The notes below the pieces were generated by a model. The model was not told where the DNA came from. It was given only the letters and a program-made list of their open reading frames with translations, and searched no databases. A stretch of 64,000 nucleotides of DNA from Paraspadella gotoi (taxonomy: Eukaryota > Animalia > Chaetognatha), in contig CM119263.1 in NCBI GenBank assembly GCA_051294375.1, forward strand, positions 23,462,762 to 23,526,761, given 5' to 3'. Below, piece after piece: positions 56,652 to 64,000 of the stretch. The position numbers and the translations under genes are program-made. Position 1 is the first letter of the stretch. The number at the start of each line of letters is the position of its first letter.

Positions 56652-57058
56652 CTCGGACACGCCCACGCACCATAGAGCGAAAGGTAAGTCCCCTTTCGTC
56701 CGCGAAGGTTGTATTTGCGGCAAATCCGACGACGACGACGACGATAACGACAACAACAACGAGTCGTTGAATCCAAATCGACGAAGAATCGTTCTCGAAA
56801 TCGCGTCGCCGCCTTCAACGCCCGCGACGCCGATTTTGACGCCGAGACGATCGGCGCCGCGAAAGAGATCGGCCAAAGAGCGGCGCCGAACCAGGAAACG
56901 AGCCGGCGATCGAGGCTGAGAGGCGGCGCCGAAAAGTCGCTGATGGAAGAATGAAAGGGGAAGCAACGCCGGGTGATCGTCGCCGTCAAGGCGGTGACGT
57001 CTTGTTTGCGTAACGGAATGGACCGATGACATTTGACGTTATTTGAAAACTGATTCGA
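56652..57058 (-). CDS. Putative exon 2 of the uncharacterised minus-strand gene
   Basis: TAG acceptor at 57061-57059, then 407 nt open in the phase-compatible frame (SNQFSNNVKCH...LVSWFGAALWPISF...GTYLSLYGAWACP), ending at a strong GAG|GTAAGG donor. Confidence 0.4.
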
Positions 57059-57270
57059 CTACGACGACGACGATAAAAAACTACGACGTCGATTTTAACC
57101 ATTTTTATTGTAGTTTTTCTACGGTGCAAATAATAAAACAGCTAAAACATATAACAATAACAAATACAATAACAATATAAATACAGGCCTTGATATAACA
57201 AAAAATGCAATAAAATAATAATATCATAATAAGGATATGCAACAACGACGAACGTCCATTCATCGTTTAC

Positions 57271-57861
57271 CTTTTTAACCGCGAAAACACACGTCAGCAA
57301 AAAAAAGAGCGAGAGTGGCGTTTCGACGCGGAAATCGACGCCGCGCAAGTCGCGAAATCGGCGCCGTCGTCGTCGATTTCCGGAACCAAACGCGCCGCGG
57401 ATGACGAGAGGTGTTCCGTGGACGCAGGCAGATGAAGTCGGCGATTGCAAGATTGGCGTCGCAACTGCGGTCGACGATCGTTCCGTCGAGTCTTCCTCGA
57501 TCTTTCAATATTTGTTTGCACGATCCCGATTGTCCTGGTCCGTTACGTTTATTATTCGCCATTTTCGCCGCAGCTTTGGCGGTTTTGCCGCCGCTTTCGT
57601 CGTCGTCGTTACGAGACGCCCGCCCGACGATGAGCAATGACGAAGGCATTGAGCGTCGCTCCGATCGAGGAAACAGAAATCGAAACGCGAACCAAATCGC
57701 GCCGAAACGACGACGCGCTTCGTGCCGAAAAAAAGCGCCGCATTGCGTGACGTCGTCCGCGTTGGTGGCGTTGACGTCGTCCGTGACGTTGTCGTCTGCT
57801 GAGGGAGCCGTCGTTGAGACGTAGGTCTCGTTGAGAGAAAAGTTGTCAAGGCAGTCGCCAT
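57271..57861 (-). CDS. Putative exon 1 of an uncharacterised minus-strand gene
   Basis: ATG in TTCAAAATGGCG context at 57861, then 591 nt in frame to an AAG|GTAAAC donor. It is a GC-rich block between AT-rich flanks and contains one in-frame TGA (57507-57505). Confidence 0.3.
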
Positions 57862-58267
57862 TTTGAAAAAAGAAAACAAGAATTGTGCTTTAGTGTTATG
57901 ACGAGAAGAGGAAGACGACGAGGAAAGACAACGACGACAGCAACGACGATTATCGCCGACGAAGATAACAACGAAAATCGAAGAGGATTAACCGAAGTTG
58001 AAACTCAGTTTCGGGAAATAATTCGACGTAAAAACCGCGGAACGAGAAGCATCTTGTGACAGAAAAAGGAACAGGAAAGTTTAAGAAGTTGCAGCGCATG
58101 ACTATTACAGTATTACATAGATTAATCATTTGTTTTGTTTGATTTTTTTTTCAGCCTCATTTCAAACCTCGATCGGATATTATAATTTATTTTGTACGAC
58201 TCTGTTAATTTACGAACTTGCTCTGAGAATCGCAGTCGTTTTTCTGAAACCTTCTACATTATGATAC

Positions 58268-58514
58268 TATGCAACGGGAGATAGCCTGTGATACCCGGGC
58301 GCGGGTATCTCACCAACTGGCGTGGGGCTGCGGACCCTCAAGTGACCGCTCCTGTCACTGGCATGTTTATACCGGCACGTCACATTTAAGCCAGAACCGG
58401 GATACCGCAGGGATTGAACCCGGGACGCACGGATGGAATGAGATGATTTAGCTGCTCAGCCATTGAGACGAGCTGGACGGACAGCAGGAGGCAGCTTTAA
58501 GTCTTGCTGCCACA
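58268..58514 (-). repeat. 3' LTR of the TRIM
   Basis: Minus-strand termini are TGTGGCAG...TTGCATA. Preceded by a purine-rich tract and followed by the target-site duplication. Confidence 0.85.
58402..58469 (-). promoter_or_regulatory. tRNA-derived Pol III internal promoter (A box + B box) in the 3' LTR
   Basis: Minus strand GTCTCAA-TGGCTGAGCAGCTAAA ... CCCGGGTTCAATCCC. TGGCTGAGCAG resembles the A box (TRGCNNARYGG) and GGTTCAATCC resembles the B box (GGTTCRANNCC), at tRNA-like spacing. No intact acceptor or anticodon stem was seen, so it is not called a tRNA gene. Confidence 0.65.
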
Positions 58515-58537
58515 GGATCCCCCACCAGACTTCTCCC
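58515..58537 (-). other. Polypurine tract (PPT) of the TRIM
   Basis: Minus strand GGGAGAAGTCTGGTGGGGGATCC directly abuts the TGT of the 3' LTR. Confidence 0.6.
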
Positions 58538-58712
58538 AAGGGGCCTCAATCCTGAAGGAGATGTCTGAGAGAAGGTTTTTGATCTCATTGCCATAGTGAG
58601 AGCAAGCGGGCGAGCGAGCGAGTCTGGAGCGTTACCAGAGAAGTAGGGCATAGGCGTAATATGCATACCTAAGCGACGTAGCGTGGGCGCACGGTGTGCA
58701 GCGTTGCGTGTT

Positions 58713-58730
58713 CGAGAGTAGGGCTCACCA
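58713..58730 (-). other. Primer-binding site (PBS) of the TRIM
   Basis: Plus strand reads ...GTAGGGCTCACCA, a tRNA-3'-end-like sequence ending in CCA, 1-2 nt from the LTR boundary. The cognate tRNA was not identified. Confidence 0.7.
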
Positions 58731-58732
58731 CT

Positions 58733-58984
58733 TATGGCAACGGAGGATATCCTGTATACCCCGGGGCGTGGGGTATCTCACCAACTGGTGTAGGGGCTGC
58801 GGACCCTCAGTGACCGCCTCCTGTCACTGGCATGTTATACCGGCACCGTCACATTTAAGCCAGAACCGGGATACCCAGGGATTGAACCGGACGCACGGAT
58901 GGAATGAGATGATTTAGCCTGCTCAGCCATTGAGACGAGGCTGAGGACGGACAGCAGTGAGTCAGCTTTAGTCTTGCTGCCACA
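58733..58984 (-). repeat. 5' LTR of the TRIM
   Basis: Aligns end to end with 58268-58514, differing mostly by single-base indels. Minus-strand termini are TGTGGCAG...TTGCCATA(A). Confidence 0.85.
58870..58937 (-). promoter_or_regulatory. tRNA-derived Pol III internal promoter (A box + B box) in the 5' LTR
   Basis: Second copy: minus strand GTCTCAATGGCTGAGCAGGCTAAA ... CCGGTTCAATCCC. Confidence 0.65.
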
Positions 58985-59527
58985 ATACCTAATTTTTTTT
59001 ACAAAAAAAAAAAGTCGGCGCTTTATTCGAAATAAAGAACCGTTAACCCGTAAAAAAAAAAAATATCTTTCTTCACCGAGAATTTTCTCGACGAAGAACG
59101 ATGGGAATTATCGCGCCGAGCTGCGAGGCTGCGAAACTTCGAGCCAGAGCGGCTGGCGAAGATGAGCGGATTCCCTTACGACCCTTTTGGGGTTCGTCCC
59201 TTCGCTCGTCGATGGGGTGTTCGTCAAAGTTCAATTGTATTCCACGAGATCCGTGGAGTTTACTGTATTCACTGTGTCGGTTAGAGTTGATGAGTTTGGG
59301 AAAAAAAAAATTATTTTCTGAAAAAAATTTCAAAAACTTTTATATTTAATGAAAAACTCGTATTATCTTTTCTTATCTTAGCTTATTATACCTGTATGAG
59401 TAAACTTTGGGTTTTTAGTTAAATTAAGTTAAAGATTTCAAATGAAGTATTTCTTATGAAGTAATTTCAATTGATTTGGTAACGGAAAACGAACATTTTC
59501 AACTAAACATGAGTCATAGAAAGTCTT

Positions 59528-59567
<40 letters not shown>

Positions 59568-62098
59568 CTTCTCTCTCTCTCATCTCTCCTCTCTCTCTCT
59601 CTCTCTCTCCCTCCCGAACAAGGTTGCGTCCCTGGGAAGATTTCTCTAACCTTAATAAGATTCAACGAAATCCGGTCGCTTCTGCAGATCAAGCGAGGCA
59701 TCTGCGTATCAGCGTTCGTTTCATGAAACATCGTTATGGCTGGCGTAGGACGTGAGATAAGAACATTGCAAATTGCCACAGACAAATTTCCCGTAGACAA
59801 TGGTCAATTTTTAAAAAAGTAAAAAAAAAACAAACGAAATTAATCAGTTTCAAACTGAAACTAAAAAAAAATTAAGAAAAATATCTCGCCTCAAAAATAA
59901 AATCTTCCAGACGCTCTTCAACTCGCCCAAGTCGCCGTCGACCACCGCTGCCACACTACTGTTCCACACTACCACCACCGCTACCACCACCCCCGCATCC
60001 GCCCTTCCGCCACCGCCGTCGCCGTTGTCCCCGTTATCTCGCTCGCCTCGTCATAAAAAAGGAAAATTAACGATTTCTTCATTAGGCGCAGGATTCTTAT
60101 TTCTTCTGTCAATTAATTCCTTCTTATCTGGTTTTCCCGCCATGTTGGTTGCCAAAGGCGGCTCTCCACTCCCCCCTCTACGTTCTACCGTTGTTTAAAG
60201 GTTTATTATCGTTGCCTCCTGACAGTTCCGGGTTTTTTTTGGGGGGGGCGGAATTCAAAAACAAACTTATATTTACCGAAGGTGACTTGCACTCACTGTT
60301 TGATAACAAAACGATCTGGTGGAAAGAATTGTTGAAAAATAGGCTAATTTAACAGGTAAGGTGCCTTCTGAAGTCATTGGGGAAAGGAAGTTTGTCTGTT
60401 TAGTTTTGTAGCCTTTAATAAAATTGGTACAACAATATAAAATTATCCATTCATTCAATAAATAAGCTATCCTGCCCCTGACTTTAACAGGCTTTGGTGA
60501 TTTAAGGCCTCCCATCACTCTTACAGATAATGACATAGGAGGGCCCTGCAAGCTTTCAATCAGACTCTCTCACAGTCTCGTTTATTCAATCCCAGTGTAC
60601 CCTGGCTTCCCTATCAATGAAGTGGAAATATTTCAAAGAAGTTTCAATTGTATGAAAAGACCACTCCCTTAAGCTTGAGTACTAGCTGACTGATCAATCA
60701 AAAGTACATAATGAGCGCTTTATAATATCCATTATTATTTTCATGTGACCGGACAATGTTAGATTGATGGCCAATATGCTATTGGTTAGAGTTTCAGAAG
60801 AAGATGCGGACCATTATATGATAGAAGAAGGTAGTTAATCGCATAAGAATCTCTGGTAGAAATTCCACCCTCGTTTGGCATAGATCTTTCTGCCATATTA
60901 AGATTTTTTTATCCGAAATCTGTATCTCTCGGTTAAAACTCTTTATGAATCCGATCGTTTAGCTCCTCTTAACTTTACTTTAAATAAATAAATCATCAAT
61001 AATGGTTCTATATCACGATTTATACCATGATGCGATATCAATGTTAAAATAACCAATAAAATGTGTAGAAAGATTGAGAGCCCTTCAATCTATTATGTAG
61101 ACATCTACTCGGATTCCAGGACTGGGAATAATGGTGAGATTATGTGTTAAAATGACAACATACCTTAAATTGCATGTGTACCATTTGTATTTAGAAGTGA
61201 TGAAATTCCCTATTAATTAATATAAATAAAAATGACGTGGTCAATGAATATATGATTTCTCGCGCGAGTTCGACTCAAGTCGTATGTGAATCTTGAGTAT
61301 GGTGATGTCAAATAATGATGAGTAATTAGTCTAAGAGAAAAAAATGCTGATCTCACTCGAGATGTACTAGCAGACGCGATCGAGATTGTTCTACATTCTG
61401 ATTTTTACTTTTGAAATTTTCCCAGGCTGTTACAATTTAGTTATGGTAGTGAGAGTATTAATGTAAATATCATCTCTATTGAAATAGTCTTCTGCGATCG
61501 TAGAAGTAACTGAGCTAGACTTCCATCTTATGTAGTAATTAGATGATCGTGGGAGAACTCTATTGGTATTCAGCGACGCATAGCGATCAAAAGTACAAGA
61601 GTCGAATTTATGAAATTTTGGCTGTCACAACCAAGATAGATAGATGATTAATTATTCTTTCAATTAAATAAGTCTACTTGCCACGCTGAACTTAATATAT
61701 ATTCTGCTTATCGAATTATTTAACTAACAGTTACGTAAGGCCACCAACTGTTCACGGTGTTCATGTTCATTCGAAACGACTTTTTCTTCATATCTATAGT
61801 TCTCTCATGTCTTTCTCTGCTGTCTGTCTCTAAAAACCCATAGTCTTTCAATTCCATTTTCCTAACGAACGAATCACCAAAAAATGAGTACTAACAAAAA
61901 AATAAGCAAAAATTGTGCCAATATAAAAGAAAAATTGTTAATCTACCTGATCAATGAGATAAGATAACATATCGTCGTATACGACTGTCGGAATGTCTCG
62001 GTTTTTTTTCTCAATCATTTTTTTTCCCTTTATTCCTTTAATATCCTTATTCATGGGCGATTTTATTCTCTCTNNNNNNNNNNNNNNNNNNNNNNNNN

Positions 62099-63859
62099 AA
62101 AAAACGAAGAAATGGTTGTAATCTCGAGGCGTTCAAACTGGGAGGAGCCAATTAGTTTTTCACCGACTTTTAAGTCCGTAAGCTTCACTCTTTCTCTCTC
62201 TCCCCGTCTCACTCTCTGTCTTCCTTTAGGGAAATTTAATTATTACCACTTTTTTTGTCTTTCTCTGTCTCTCTCTCGCTCTTTCGAATAAAAAAGTAGA
62301 CGATTATAGTTTTCTTTAATTGCTCAAGAGTCGCCGCAAAAATTGAAGTTACGCCGAGAGCGAATGATTGCTCGAATATATCTTAGTTAATCATAAGCGC
62401 CCTCTACTGCGAGAGCTTCCTCTTCATCGAAGGTCGAACTCAAAGCGAACTCTTCCAGCGACAGGTGAAAGATTTGCTCGCTGGACAAAAGAACATCTTC
62501 CGATTAAATGTCCGGAAAATTTTTTATGTTTTTGATCGAAACCGATATCAATCTCTCCGCCACAACCAGTCTCTTTATGTGGAGAGAGTTTGAAAATAAA
62601 AATGCTCTCTCTTCCCGATGTTATAGACATTCGATCTGGGTTTATTCAAGATTGATTTTCTGTCTTTCAAATCGTCATTACTGTCAAGGCGTCGGAAAAT
62701 TGATGACTTTCGTATGAGATAAGAAGAATTCCAACTTAATTGATGAGTTTTGTAATTTATCGAGCGTTGAAAACCTCTGTCTCTCTTTTCTTCCTCTTCG
62801 ACTTTAGAATTTACTGGAGAAAAAGAAATTATTATCAATTGTTTTTTAACTTTTTTTTTAAAGAATCGATTTCAAAAAAACAAAAGAATGTCGAGATATA
62901 ACGAGGACGATACCTAAATAGAGTTACAATTTTCGTAATCCTATGTTTTATATTCATAAATCTTAAATAAATCAGTTTTTGAAGTGGACTTTTACATGAA
63001 GTCATATTTGTTGTCTCTGGTTTATTTTTATAGCTATGTAAAATGTTTAGTAGCTATCTCTATTCCTGACATCAACAAAAGAACACGTCGTTTCGCGATC
63101 ACGTGAATTCTAAAAAAAAAAACTCTCGATTTCTAATTTTATTTTTTATATAATCACGTCTGCGAACCCAGAAAATATCTTCTTCCCTCTCTCGAACGAA
63201 ATCGCAGTTAAAAATCTAAGCGAGCATTTTGGGACTCGGCATTAACTCGGCGTTACGACGCTAATGACCGATTCGCAAAAAAAAAAAAAAAAAANNNNNN
63301 NNNNNNNNNNNNNNNNNNNNNNNNNNNNNNNNNNNNNNNNNNNNNNNNNNNNNNNNNNNNNNNNNNNNNNNNNNNNNNNNNNNNNNNNNNNNNNNNNNNN
63401 NNNNNNNNNNNCGCGATATGCAAATGAGATCGGAATCTCCGCGAATTATGAATCTCAGCTTCCAAGTTTCCTCATCAATCGGGATGTCATTACGAGCCGG
63501 CGGCGCTGCTGCCGTTGCCTCGGCCGCCGCCGCCGCTGCCGACGCCGCCAGCTTTTCCCGTTGCTTTCTCCGTCGTCGACTGCACCACTGAGGCGCCGAC
63601 GCAGCCGGGTCGGTCCGCCGGGTCGGTCCGCCGGATCGGCGTCGGGATTTAACGCCGGAAATGACGAGTCTTGCCGGCCTCCGTCGCCAGGGAGCCGTTA
63701 AGGGGAATGAAGGGGGGGGTTGGGGGGCGGTAGACGGCGATTCGCTTTGAATCAAGGGAAAAAAAAAGTATCGAAGTTTCAAAGGAATAAAATCAAAAAA
63801 TCTTCACTTCGTCGCTTTTGATTTTTGAGGTCGTAATTTTAGGAGGATGAAGGGGAAAG

Positions 63860-63940
<81 letters not shown>

Positions 63941-64000
63941 GTTGAATTCGGCCGATTTTAATCCCCGTGGCATTATTTTAAAAATGTATCTTTTAGCTTT
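62099..64000 (+). repeat. Direct duplication, copy 2 of 52015-53900
   Basis: Colinear with 52015-53900 between the same landmarks. Confidence 0.95.

Larger units (their letters stand above)
58268..58984 (-). mobile_element. Non-autonomous LTR retrotransposon (TRIM) with tRNA-like sequence in both LTRs
   Basis: Two ~250-bp direct repeats (58268-58514 and ~58733-58984) flank a ~218-bp internal region with no recognisable coding sequence. Identical ATAC lies on both flanks (58264-58267, 58985-58988). On the minus strand the element starts TGTGGCAG, has TGGTGAGCCCTAC just after the 5' LTR (PBS-like) and GGGAGAAGTCTGGTGGGGGATCC just before the 3' LTR (PPT-like). Confidence 0.85.

Noticed and set aside
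58402-58469. Functional tRNA gene or stand-alone tRNA-SINE
   Set aside because: There is no closed cloverleaf. The repeat unit extends ~45 bp upstream of the tRNA-like head, lacks an A-rich or simple-repeat tail, and is framed by PBS, PPT and TSD as an LTR.
60150-62073. Transposon or gene in the AT-rich segment before the last 25-N gap
   Set aside because: No recognisable motifs or repeats. Sequence quality appears to decay toward the gap.

Overview
Eukaryotic, probably invertebrate-animal, genomic DNA from a low-accuracy long-read gap-filled draft assembly. It is dominated by (GA/TC)n microsatellites, poly-A/T runs and (GAC)n tracts. Much of the window is the same locus written 2-3 times, with indel-rich differences between copies; most copy junctions lie at gaps of exactly 25 N, so these duplications are most likely assembly artefacts. 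Nearly all ORFs in the supplied track are microsatellite or N-gap artefacts, and no gene could be named. The best-supported biological feature is a complete ~717-bp non-autonomous LTR element (TRIM) at 58268-58984 on the minus strand. It has a 4-bp ATAC target-site duplication, a PBS, a PPT and a tRNA-like Pol III promoter (A and B boxes) inside each LTR. Other signals are a ~2.6-kb 42-bp minisatellite with an A/B (84-bp) higher-order structure and stop-free consensus frames, a ~145-bp palindrome carrying a Penelope-type minimal hammerhead-like core, frameshifted SRCR-domain-like exons in a noisy segment (~45.6-46.3 kb), and a tentative 3-exon minus-strand gene at 56.0-57.9 kb. All alignments and consensus sequences were made by eye, and boundaries of degenerate features are approximate.
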